A program made the translations under genes and the position numbers. This document shows positions 25,301-39,068 of a stretch of 64,000 nt of DNA, in pieces. The DNA is from Paragordius varius. Taxonomy: Eukaryota > Animalia > Nematomorpha. The DNA lies in NCBI GenBank assembly GCA_964247055.1, contig OZ176050.1, positions 620,001-684,000 on the forward strand, written 5' to 3'. The first letter of the stretch is position 1. Every line of letters starts with the position of its first letter. The notes beneath the pieces were generated by a model. It was not told the DNA's origin and did no database searches. It was given only the letters and a program-made list of their open reading frames with translations.

Positions 25301-28300
25301 AATTTTTTTGAATTTTTTAAATATTTAAAAAATTTATTTTATACGATTTTAAAAATAAAAATGGCTACCTAAAATCAAAATTTGATCAGGTGATGTCGCC
25401 ATAATTTTTTTTGGGTAGCCCTATGGTAGTTCCATCATCACCCCAAATATTTTGGGGATCGGACTATAAATGTAATTTTTATGAATTTTTTAAATATTTA
25501 AAAAATTTATTTTATACGATTTTAAAAATCAAAATGGCTACCTAAAATCCAAATTTGATCAGGTGATGTCACTATAATTTTTTTGGGTAGCCCTATGGTA
25601 GTTCCATCATCACCTCAAATATTTTGGGGATCGGACTATAAATGTAATTTTTATGAATTTTTTAAATATTTAAAAAATTTATTTTATAGGATTTTAAAAA
25701 TAAAAATGGCTACCAAAAATCCAAATTTGATCAGGTGATGTCACCATAATTTTTTAAAAATTTATTTTATACGATTTTACAAATAAAAATGGCTACCTAA
25801 AATCCAAATTTGATCAGGTTATGTCACCATAATTTTTTTTGGGGCGCCCTATGGTAGTTCCATCATCACCCCAAATATTTTCGAGATCGGAGTATAAATG
25901 TAATTTTTATGAATTTTTTAAATATTTAAAAAATTTATTTTATACGATATTAAAAATAAAAATGGCTACCTAAAATCCAAATTTGATCAGGTGATGTCAC
26001 CTTAATTTTTTTTGGGTAGCCCTATGGTAATTCCATCATCACCCCAAATATTTTCGAGATCGGAGTATAAATGTAATTTTTATGAATTTTTTAAATATTT
26101 AAAAAATTTATTTTATACGATATTAAAAATAAAAATGGCTACCTAAAATCCAAATTTGATCAGGTGATGTCACCTTAATTTTTTTTGGGTAGCCCTATGG
26201 TAATTCCATCATCACCCCAAATATTTTCGAGATCGGAGTATAAATGTAATTTTTATGAATTTTTTAAATATTTAAAAAATTTATTTTATACGATTTTAAA
26301 ATAAAAATGGCTACCTAAAATCCAAATTTGATCAGGTGATGTCACCATAATTTTTTTTGGGTAGCCCTATGGTAGTTCCATCATCACCCCAAATATTGTC
26401 GAGATCGGAGTATAAATGTAATTTTTTTGAATTTTTTAAATATTTAAAAAATTTATTTTATACGATTTTAAAAATAAAAATGGCTACCTAAAATCCAAAT
26501 TTGATCAGGTGATGTCGCCATAATTTTTTTTGCGTAGCCCTATGTAGTTTCATCATCACCCCAAATATTTTGGGGATCGGACTATAAATGTAATTTTTAT
26601 GAATTTTTTAAATATTTAAAAAATTTATTTTATACGATTTTAAAAATAAAAATGGCTACCTAAAATCCAAATTTGATCAGGTGATGTCACCATAATTTTT
26701 TTTGGGTAGCCCTATGGTAGTTCCATCATCACCCGAAATATTTTCGAGATCGGAGTATAAATGTAATTTTTATGAATTTTTTAAATATTTAAAAAATTGA
26801 TTTTATACGATTTTAAAAATAAAAATGGCTACCTAAAATCAAAATTTGATCAGGTGATGTCACCATATTTTTTTTGGGTAGCCCTATGGTAGTTCCATCA
26901 TCACCCCAAATATTGTCGAGATCGGAGTATAAATGTAATTTTTTTGAATTTTTTAAATATTTAAAAAATTTATTTTATACGATTTTAAAAATAAAAATGG
27001 CTACCTAAAATCTAAATTTGATCAGGTGATGTCGCCATAATTTTTTTTGGGTAGCCCTATGGTAGTTCCATCATCACCCCAAATATTTTGGGGATCGGAC
27101 TATAAATGTAATTTTTATGAATTTTTTAAATATTTAAAAAATTTATTTTATACGATTTTAAAAATAAAAATGGCTACCTAAAATCCAAATTTGATCAGGT
27201 GATGTCTCCATAATTTTTTTTGGGTAGCCCTATGGTAGTTCCATCATCATCCCAAATATTTTCGAGATCGGAGTATAAATGTAATTTTTATGAATTTTTA
27301 AAATATTTAAAAAATTTATTTTATACGATTTTAAAAATAAAAATGGCTACCTAAAATCCAAATTTGATCAGGTGATGTCACCATAATTTTTTTTGGGTAG
27401 CCCTATGGTAGTTCCATCATCACCCCAAATATTGTCGAGATCGGAGTATAAATGTAATTTTTTTGAATTTTTTAAATATTTAAAAAATTTATTTTATACG
27501 ATTTTAAAAATAAAAATGGCTACCTAAAATCCAAATTTGATCAGGTGATGTCGCCATAATTTTTTTTGCGTAGCCCTATGTAGTTTCATCATCACCCCAA
27601 ATATTTTGGGGATCGGACTATAAATGTAATTTTTATGAATTTTTTAAATATTTAAAAAATTTATTTTATACGATTTTAAAAATAAAAATGGCTACCTAAA
27701 ATCCAAATTTGATCAGGTGATGTCACCATAATTTTTTTTGGGTAGCCCTATGGTAGTTCCATCATCACCCCAAATATTTTCGAGATCGGAGTATAAATGT
27801 AATTTTTATGAATTTTTTAAATATTTAAAAAATTGATTTTATACGATTTTAAAAATAAAAATGGCTACCTAAAATCAAATTTTGATCAGGTGATGTCACC
27901 ATATTTTTTTGGGTAGCCCTATGGTAGTTCCATCATCACCCCAAATATTGTCGAGATCGGAGTATAAATGTAATTTTTTTGAATTTTTTAAATATTTAAA
28001 AAATTTATTTTATACGATTTTAAAAATAAAAATGGCTACCTAAAATCCAAATTTGATCAGGTGATGTCACCATAATTTTTTTTGGGTAGCCCTATGGTAG
28101 TTCCATCATCACCCCAAATATTTTCGAGATCGGAGTATAAATGTAATTTTTATGAATTTTTTAAATATTTAAAAAATTGATTTTATACGATTTTAAAAAT
28201 AAAAATGGCTACCATAAATCAAATTTTGATCAGGTGATGTCACCATATTTTTTTGGGTAGCCCTATGGTAGTTCCATCATCACCCCAAATATTGTCGAGA

Positions 28301-31300
28301 TCGGAGTATAAATGTAATTTTTTTGAATTTTTTAAATATTTAAAAAATTTATTTTATACGATTTTAAAAATAAAAATGGCTACCTAAAATCTAAATTTGA
28401 TCAGGTGATGTCGCCATAATTTTTTTTGGGTAGCCCTATGGTAGTTCCATCATCACCCCAAATATTTTGGGGATCGGACTATAAATGTAATTTTTATGAA
28501 TTTTTTAAATATTTAAAAAATTTATTTTATACGATTTTAAAAATAAAAATGGCTACCTAAAATCCAAATTTGATCAGGTGATGTCTCCATAATTTTTTTT
28601 GGGTAGCCCTATGGTAGTTCCATCATCACCCCAAATATTTTGGGGATCGGACTATAAATGTAATTTTTATGAATTTTTTAAATATTTAAAAAATTTATTT
28701 TATACGATTTTAAAAATAAAAATGGCTACCTAAAATCCAAATTTGATCAGGTGATGTCACTATAATTTTTTTGGGTAGCCCTATGGTAGTTCCATCATCA
28801 CCTCAAATATTTTGGGGATCGGACTATAAATGTAATTTTTATGAATTTTTTAAATATTTAAAAAATTTATTTTATACGATTTTAAAAATAAAAATGGCTA
28901 CCTAAAATCCAAATTTGATCAGGTGATGTCACCATAATTTTTTTGGGTAGCCCTATGGTAGTTCCATCATCACCCCAAATATTTTCGAGATCGGAGTATA
29001 AATGTAATTTTTATGAATTTTTAAAATATTTAAAAAATTTATTTTATACGATTTTAAAAATAAAAATGGCTACCTAAAATCCAAATTTGATCAGGTGATG
29101 TCACCATAATTTTTTTTGGGTAGCCCTATGGTAGTTCCATCATCACCCCAAATATTGTCGAGATCGGAGTATAAATGTAATTTTTTTGAATTTTTTAAAT
29201 ATTTAAAAAATTTATTTTATACGATTTTAAAAATAAAAATGGCTACCTAAAATCCAAATTTGATCAGGTGATGTCGCCATAATTTTTTTTGCGTAGCCCT
29301 ATGTAGTTTCATCATCACCCCAAATATTTTGGGGATCGGACTATAAATGTAATTTTTATGAATTTTTTAAATATTTAAAAAATTTATTTTATACGATTTT
29401 AAAAATAAAAATGGCTACCTAAAATCCAAATTTGATCAGGTGATGTCACCATAATTTTTTTTGGGTAGCCCTATGGTAGTTCCATCATCACCCCAAATAT
29501 TTTCGAGATCGGAGTATAAATGTAATTTTTATGAATTTTTTAAATATTTAAAAAATTGATTTTATACGATTTTAAAAATAAAAATGGCTACCTAAAATCA
29601 AAATTTGATCAGGTGATGTCACCATATTTTTTTGGGTAGCCCTATGGTAGCTCCATCATCACCCCAAATATTGTCGAGATCGGAGTATAAATGTAATTTT
29701 TTTGAATTTTTTAAATATTTAAAAAATTTATTTTATACGATTTTAAAAATAAAAATGGCTACCTAAAATCTAAATTTGATCAGGTGATGTCGCCATAATT
29801 TTTTTTGGGTAGCCCTATGGTAGTTCCATCATCACCCCAAATATTTTGGGGATCGGACTATAAATGTAATTTTTATGAATTTTTTAAATATTTAAAAAAT
29901 TTATTTTATACGATTTTAAAAATAAAAATGGCTACCTAAAATCCAAATTTGATCAGGTGATGTCACCATAATTTTTTTGGGTAGCCCTATGGTAGTTCCA
30001 TCATCACCCCAAATATTTTCGAGATCGGAGTATAAATGTAATTTTTATGAATTTTTAAAATATTTAAAAAATTTATTTTATACGATTTTAAAAATAAAAA
30101 TGGCTACCTAAAATCCAAATTTGATCAGGTGATGTCACTATAATTTTTTTGGGTAGCCCTATGGTAGTTCCATCATCACCCCAAATATTTTCGAGATCGG
30201 AGTATAAATGTAATTTTTATGAATTTTTAAAATATTTAAAAAATTTATTTTATACGATTTTAAAAATAAAAATGGCTACCTAAAATCCAAATTTGATCAG
30301 GTGATGTCACTATAATTTTTTTGGGTAGCCCTATGGTAGTTCCATCATCACCTCAAATATTTTGGGGATCGGACTATAAATGTAATTTTTATGAATTTTT
30401 TAAATATTTAAAAAATTTATTTTATACGATTTTAAAAATAAAAATGGCTACCTAAAATCCAAATTTAATCAGGTGATGTCACCATAATTTTTTTTGGGTA
30501 GCCCTATGGTAATTCCATCATCACCCCAAATATTGTCGAGATCGGAGTATAAATGTAATTTTTTTGAATTTTTTAAATATTTAAAAAATTTATTTTATAC
30601 GATTTTAAAAATAAAAATGGCTACCTAAAATCAAAATTTGATCAGGTGATGTCGCCATAATTTTTTTTGGGTAGCCCTATGGTAGTTCCATCATCACCCC
30701 AAATATTTTGGGGATCGGACTATAAATGTAATTTTTATGAATTTTTTAAATATTTAAAAAATTTATTTTATACGATTTTAAAAATAAAAATGGCTACCTA
30801 AAATCCAAATTTGATCAGGTGATGTCTCCATAATTTTTTTTGGGTAGCCCTATGGTAGTTCCATCATCACCCCAAATATTTTCGAGATCGGAGTATAAAT
30901 GTAATTTTTATGAATTTTTTAAATATTTAAAAAATTTATTTTATACGATTTTAAAAATAAAAATGGCTACCTAAAATCCAAATTTGATCAGGTGATGTTG
31001 CCATAATTTTTTTTGGGTAGCCCTAGAGTAGTTCCATCATCACCCCAAATATTTTTGAGATCGGAGTATAAATGTAATTTTTATGAATTTTTAAAATATT
31101 TAAAAAATTTATTTTATACGATTTTAAAAATAAAAATGGCTACCTAAAATCCAAATTTGATCAGGTGATGTCACCATAATTTTTTTTGGGTAGCCCTATA
31201 GTAGTTCCATCATCACCCCAAATATTTTCGAGATCGGAGTATAAATGTAATTTTTATGAATTTTTTAAATATTTAAAAAATTGATTTTATACGATTTTAA

Positions 31301-34300
31301 AAATAAAAATGGCTACCTAAAATCCAAATTTGATCAGGTGATGTCACCATATTTTTTTTTGGGTAGCCCTAGGTAGTTCCATCATCACCCCAAATATTGT
31401 CGAGATCGGAGTATAAATGTAATTTTTATGAATTTTTTAAATATTTAAAAAATTTATTTTATACGATTTTAAAAATAAAAATGGCTACCTAAAATCCAAA
31501 TTTGATCAGGTGATGTCACTATAATTTTTTTTGGGTAGCCCTATGGTAGTTCCATCATCACCCCAAATATTTTCGAGATCGGAGTATAAATGTAATTTTT
31601 ATGAATTTTTTAAATATTTAAAAAATTTATTTTATACGATATTAAAATAAAAATGGCTACCTAAAATCCAAATTTGATCAGGTGATGTCACCATAATTTT
31701 TTTTGGGTAGCCCTATGGTAGTTCCATCATCACCCCAAATATTGTCGAGATCGGAGTATAAATGTAATTTTTTTGAATTTTTTAAATATTTAAAAAATTT
31801 ATTTTATACGATTTTAAAAATAAAAATGGCTACCTAAAATCCAAATTTGATCAGGTGATGTCACCATAATTTTTTTGGGTAGCCCTATGGTAGTTCCATC
31901 ATCACCCCAAATATTTTCGAGATCGGAGTATAAATGTAATTTTTATGAATTTTTTAAATATTTAAAAAATTGATTTTATACGATTTTAAAAATAAAAATG
32001 GCTACCTAAAATCAAAATTTGATCAGGTGATGTCACCATATTTTTTTTGGGTAGCCCTATGGTAGTTCCATCATCACCCCAAATATTGTCGAGATCGGAG
32101 TATAAATGTAATTTTTTTGAATTTTTTAAATATTTAAAAATTTTATCTTATACGATTTTAAAAATAAAAATGGCTACCTAAAATCTAAATTTGATCAGGT
32201 GATGTCGCCATAATTTTTTTTGGGTAGCCCTATGGTAGTTCCATCATCACCCCAAATATTTTGGGGATCGGACTATAAATGTAATTTTTATGAATTTTTT
32301 AAATATTTAAAAAATTTATTTTACACGATTTTAAAAATAAAAATGGCTACCTAAAATCCAAATTTGATCAGGTGATGTCTCCATAATTTTTTTTGGGTAG
32401 CCCTATGGTAGTTCCATCATCACCCCAAATATTTTGGGGATCGGACTATAAATGTAATTTTTATGAATTTTTTAAATATTTAAAAAATTTATTTTATACG
32501 ATTTTAAAAATAAAAATGGCTACCTAAAATCCAAATTTGATCAGGTGATGTCACTATAATTTTTTTGGGTAGCCCTATGGTAGTTCCATCATCACCTCAA
32601 ATATTTTGGGGATCGGACTATAAATGTAATTTTTATGAATTTTTTAAATATTTAAAAAATTTATTTTATACGATTTTAAAAATAAAAATGGCTACCTAAA
32701 ATCCAAATTTGATCAGGTGATGTCACCATAATTTTTTTGGGTAGCCCTATGGTAGTTCCATCATCACCCCAAATATTTTCGAGATCGGAGTATAAATGTA
32801 ATTTTTATGAATTTTTAAAATATTTAAAAAATTTATTTTATACGATTTTAAAAATAAAAATGGCTACCTAAAATCCAAATTTAATCAGGTGATGTCACCA
32901 TAATTTTTTTTGGGTAGCCCTATGGTAATTCCATCATCACCCCAAATATTGTCGAGATCGGAGTATAAATGTAATTTTTATGAATTTTTTAAATATTTAA
33001 AAAATTGATTTTATACGATTTTAAAAATAAAAATGGCTACCTAAAATCAAAATTTGATCAGGTGATGTCACCATATTTTTTTTGGGTAGCCCTATGGTAG
33101 TTCCATCATCACCCCAAATATTGTCGAGATCGGAGTATAAATGTAATTTTTTTGAATTTTTTAAATATTTAAAAAATTTATTTTATACGATTTTAATAAT
33201 AAAAATGGCTACCTAAAATCTAAATTTGATCAGGTGATGTCGCCATAATTTTTTTTGGGTAGCCCTATGGTAGTTCCATCATCACCCCAAATATTTTGGG
33301 GATCGGACTATAAATGTAATTTTTATGAATTTTTTAAATATTTAAAAATTTTATTTTACACGATTTTAAAAATAAAAATGGCTACCTAAAATCCAAATTT
33401 GATCAGGTGATGTCTCCATAATTTTTTTGGGTAGCCCTATGGTAGTTCCATCATCACCCCAAATATTTTCGAGATCGGAGTATAAATGTAATTTTTATGA
33501 ATTTTTAAAATATTTAAAAAATTTATTTTATACGATTTTAAAAATAAAAATGGCTACCTAAAATCCAAATTTGATCAGGTGATGTCACCATATTTTTTTT
33601 TGGGTAGCCCTATGGTAGTTCCATCATCACCCCAAATATTGTCGAGATCGGAGTATAAATGTAATTTTTATGAATTTTTTAAATATTTAAAAAATTTATT
33701 TTATACGATTTTAAAAATAAAAATGGCTACCTAAAATCCAAATTTGATCAGGTGATGTCACTATAATTTTTTTTGGGTAGCCCTATGGTAGTTCCATCAT
33801 CACCCCAAATATTTTCGAGATCGGAGTATAAATGTAATTTTTATGAATTTTTTAAATATTTAAAAAATTTATTTTATACGATTTTAAAATAAAAATTACC
33901 TAAAATCCAAATTTGATCAGGTGATGTCACCATAATTTTTTTTGGGTAGCCCTATGGTAGTTCCATCATCACCCCAAATATTGTCGAGATCGGAGTATAA
34001 ATGTAATTTTTTTGAATTTTTTAAATATTTAAAAAATTTATTTTATACGATTTTAAAAATAAAAATGGCTACCTAAAATCCAAATTTGATCAGGTGATGT
34101 CACCATAATTTTTTTGGGTAGCCCTATGGTAGTTCCATCATCACCCCAAATATTTTCGAGATCGGAGTATAAATGTAATTTTTATGAATTTTTAAAATAT
34201 TTAAAAAATTTATTTTATACGATTTTAAAAATAAAAATGGCTACCTAAAATCCAAATTTGATCAGGTGATGTCACTATAATTTTTTTGGGTAGCCCTATG

Positions 34301-37300
34301 GTAGTTCCATCATCACCTCAAATATTTTGGGGATCGGACTATAAATGTAATTTTTATGAATTTTTTAAATATTTAAAAAATTTATTTTATACGATTTTAA
34401 AAATAAAAATGGCTACCTAAAATCCAAATTTAATCAGGTGATGTCACCATAATTTTTTTTGGGTAGCCCTATGGTAATTCCATCATCACCCCAAATATTG
34501 TCGAGATCGGAGTATAAATGTAATTTTTTTGAATTTTTTAAATATTTAAAAAATTTATTTTATACGATTTTAAAAATAAAAATGGCTACCTAAAATCAAA
34601 ATTTGATCAGGTGATGTCGCCATAATTTTTTTTGGGTAGCCCTATGGTAGTTCCATCATCACCCCAAATATTTTGGGGATCGGACTATAAATGTAATTTT
34701 TATGAATTTTTGAAATATTTAAAAAATTTATTTTATACGATTTTAAAAATAAAAATGGCTACCTAAAATCCAAATTTGATCAGGTGATGTCTCCATAATT
34801 TTTTTTGGGTAGCCCTATGGTAGTTCCATCATCACCCCAAATATTTTCGAGATCGGAGTATAAATGTAATTTTTATGAATTTTTTAAATATTTAAAAAAT
34901 TTATTTTATACGATTTTAAAAATAAAAATGGCTACCTAAAATCCGAATTTGATCAGGTGATGTCGCCATAATTTTTTTTGGGTAGCCCTAGAGTAGTTCC
35001 ATCATCACCCCAAATATTTTTGAGATCGGAGTATAAATGTAATTTTTATGAATTTTTTAAATATTTAAAAAATTTATTTTATACGATTTTAAAAATAAAA
35101 ATGGCTACCTAAAATCCAAATTTGATCAGGTGATGTCACCATAATTTTTTTTGGGTAGCCCTATGGTAGTTCCATCATCACCCCAAATATTGTCGAGATC
35201 GGAGTATAAATGTAATTTTTATGAATTTTTTAAATATTTAAAAAATTTATTTTATACGATTCTAAAAATAAAAATGGCTACCTAAAATCCAAATTTGATC
35301 AGGTGATGTCGCCATAATTTTTTTTGGGTAGCCCTATGGTAGTTCCATCATCACCCCAAATATTTTGGGGATCGGACTATAAATGTAATTTTTATGAATT
35401 TTTTAAATATTTAAAAAATTTATTTTATACGATTTTAAAAATAAAAATGGCTACCTAAAATCCAAATTTGATCAGGTGATGTCACCATAATTTTTTTTGG
35501 GTAGCCCTATGGTAATTCCATCATCACCCCAAATATTTTCGAGATCGGAGTATAAATGTAATTTTTTTGAATTTTTTAAATATTTAAACAATTTATTTTA
35601 TACAATTTTAAAAATAAAAATGGCTACCTAAAATCCAAATTTGATCAGGTGATGTCACCATAATTTTTTTTGGGTAGCCCTATGGTAGTTCCATCATCAC
35701 CCCAAATATTTTCGAGATCGGAGTATAAATGTAATTTTTATGAATTTTTTAAATATTTAAAAAATTGATTTTATACGATTTTAAAAATAAAAATGGCTAC
35801 CTAAAATCCAAATTTGATCAGGTGATGTCACCATATTTTTTTTGGGTAGCCCTATGGTAGTTCCATCATCACCCCAAATATTGTCGAGATCGGAGTATAA
35901 ATGTAATTTTTATGAATTTTTTAAATATTTAAAAAATTTATTTTATACGATTTTAAAAATAAAAATGGCTACCTAAAATCCAAATTTGATCAGGTGATGT
36001 CACCATAATTTTTTTTGGGTAGCCCTATGGTAGTTCCATCATCACCCCAAATATTGTCGAGATCGGAGTATAAATGTAATTTTTATGAATTTTTTAAATA
36101 TTTAAAAAATTTATTTTATACGATTCTAAAAATAAAAATGGCTACCTAAAATCCAAATTTGATCAGGTGATGTCGCCATAATTTTTTTTGGGTAGCCCTA
36201 TGGTAGTTCCATCATCACCCCAAATATTTTGGGGATCGGACTATAAATGTAATTTTTATGAATTTTTGAAATATTTAAAAAATTTATTTTATACGATTTT
36301 AAAAATAAAAATGGCTACCTAAAATCCAAATTTGATCAGGTGATGTCTCCATAATTTATTTTGGGTAGCCCTATGGTAGTTCCATCATCACCCCAAATAT
36401 TTTCGAGATCGGAGTATAAATGTAATTTTTATGAATTTTTTAAATATTTAAAAAATTTATTTTATACGATTTTAAAAATAAAAATGGCTACCTAAAATCC
36501 AAATTTGATCAGGTGATGTCACCATAATTTTTTTTGGGTAGCCCTATGGTAGTTCCATCATCACCCCAAATATTGTCGAGATCGGAGTATAAATGTAATT
36601 TTTATGAATTTTTTAAATATTTAAAAAATTTATTTTATACGATTCTAAAAATAAAAATGGCTACCTAAAATCCAAATTTGATCAGGTGATGTCGCCATAA
36701 TTTTTTTTCGGTAGCCCTATGGTAGTTCCATCATCACCCCAAATATTTTGGGGATCGGACTATAAATGTAATTTTTATGAATTTTTTAAATATTTAAAAA
36801 ATTTATTTTATACGATTTTAAAAATAAAAATGGCTACCTAAAATCCAAATTTGATCAGGTGATGTCACCATAATTTTTTTTGGGTAGCCCTATGGTAATT
36901 CCATCATCACCCCAAATATTGTCGAGATCGGAGTATAAATGTAATTTTTTTGAATTTTTTAAATATTTAAAAAATTTATTTTATACAATTTTAAAAATAA
37001 AAATGGCTACCTAAAATCGAAATTTGATCAGGTGATGTCACCATAATTTTTTTTGGGTAGCCCTATGGTAGTTCCATCATCACCCCAAATATTTTCGAGA
37101 TCGGAGTATAAATGTAATTTTTATGAATTTTATAAATATTTAAAAAATTGATTTTATACGATTTTAAAAATAAAAATGGCTACCTAAAATCCAAATTTGA
37201 TCAGGTGATGTCACCATATTTTTTTTTGGGTAGCCCTATGGTAGTTCCATCATCACCCCAAATATTGTCGAGATCGGAGTATAAATGTAATTTTTATGAA

Positions 37301-39068
37301 TTTTTTAAATATTTAAAAAATTTATTTTATACGATTTTAAAAATAAAAATGGCTACCTAAAATCCAAATTTGATCAGGTGATGTCACCATAATTTTTTTT
37401 GGGTAGCCCTATGGTAGTTCCATCATCACCCCAAATATTGTCGAGATCGGAGTATAAATGTAATTTTTATGAATTTTTTAAATATTTAAAAAATTTATTT
37501 TATACGATTCTAAAAATAAAAATGGCTACCTAAAATCCAAATTTGATCAGGTGATGTCGCCATAATTTTTTTTGGGTAGCCCTATGGTAGTTCCATCATC
37601 ACCCCAAATATTTTGGGGATCGGACTATAAATGTAATTTTTATGAATTTTTTAAATATTTAAAAAATTTATTTTATACGATTTTAAAAATAAAAATGGCT
37701 ACCTAAAATCCAAATTTGATCAGGTGATGTCACTATAATTTTTTTGGGTAGCCCTATGGTAGTTCCATCATCACCTCAAATATTTTGGGGATCGGACTAT
37801 AAATGTAATTTTTATGAATTTTTTAAATATTTAAAAAATTTATTTTATACGATTTTAAAAATAAAAATGGCTACCTAAAATCCAAATTTGATCAGGTGAT
37901 GTCACCATAATATTTTTGGGTAGCCCTATGGTAGTTCCATCATCACCCCAAATATTTTCGAGATCGGAGTATAAATGTAATTTTTATGAATTTTTAAAAT
38001 ATTTAAAAAATTTATTTTATACGATTTTAAAAATAAAAATGGCTACCTAAAATCCAAATTTGATCAGGTGATGTCACTATAATTTTTTTGGGTAGCCCTA
38101 TGGTAGTTCCATCATCACCTCAAATATTTTGGGGATCGGACTATAAATGTAATTTTTTTGAATTTTTTAAATATTTAAAAAATTTATTTTATACGATTTT
38201 AAAAATAAAAATGGCTACCTAAAATCAAAATTTGATCAGGTGATGTCGCCATAATTTTTTTTGGGTAGCCCTATGGTAGTTCCATCATCACCCCAAATAT
38301 TGTCGAGATCGGAGTATAAATGTAATTTTTATGAATTTTTTAAATATTTAAAAAATTTATTTTATACGATTCTAAAAATAAAAATGGCTACCTAAAATCC
38401 AAATTTGATCAGGTGATGTCGCCATAATTTTTTTTGGGTAGCCCTATGGTAGTTCCATCATCACCCCAAATATTTTGGGGATCGGACTATAAATGTAATT
38501 TTTATGAATTTTTTAAATATTTAAAAAATTTATTTTATACGATTTTAAAAATAAAAATGGCTACCTAAAATCCAAATTTGATCAGGTGATGTCACCATAA
38601 TTTTTTTTAGGTAGCCCTATGGTAGTTCCATCATCACCCCAAATATTTTGGGGATCGGACTATAAATGTAATTTTTATGAATTTTTTAAATATTTAAAAA
38701 ATTTATTTTATACGATTTTAAAAATAAAAATGGCTACCTAAAATCCAAATTTGATCAGGTGATGTCTCCATAATTTTTTTTGGGTAGCCCTATGGTAGTT
38801 CCATCATCACCCCAAATATTTTCGAGATCGGAGTATTAATGTAATTTTTATGAATTTTTTAAATATTTAAAAAATTTATTTTATACGATTTTAAAAATAA
38901 AAATGGCTACCTAAAATCCAAATTTGATCAGGTGTATAATTTTTTTTGGGTAGCCCTATGGTAATTCCATCATCACCCCAAATATTGTCGAGATCGGAGT
39001 ATAAATGTAATTTTTTTGAATTTTTTAAATATTTAAAAAATTTATTTTATACAATTTTAAAAATAAAA

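Larger units (their letters stand above)
1..25788. repeat. Domain A: subfamily region containing 170 bp 'ctatcc' monomers and 83 bp truncated monomers, interleaved with domain B blocks
   Basis: ctatcc/aattgttttt monomers at 355, 1388, 2676, 4481, 5168, 6800, 7143, 7913, 13159, 13929, 15734, 16421, 18225, 18568, 19338, 23558 and 25191. Twelve 83 bp monomers lie between 1731 and 25788. Neither type was seen after 25.8 kb. Confidence 0.88.
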
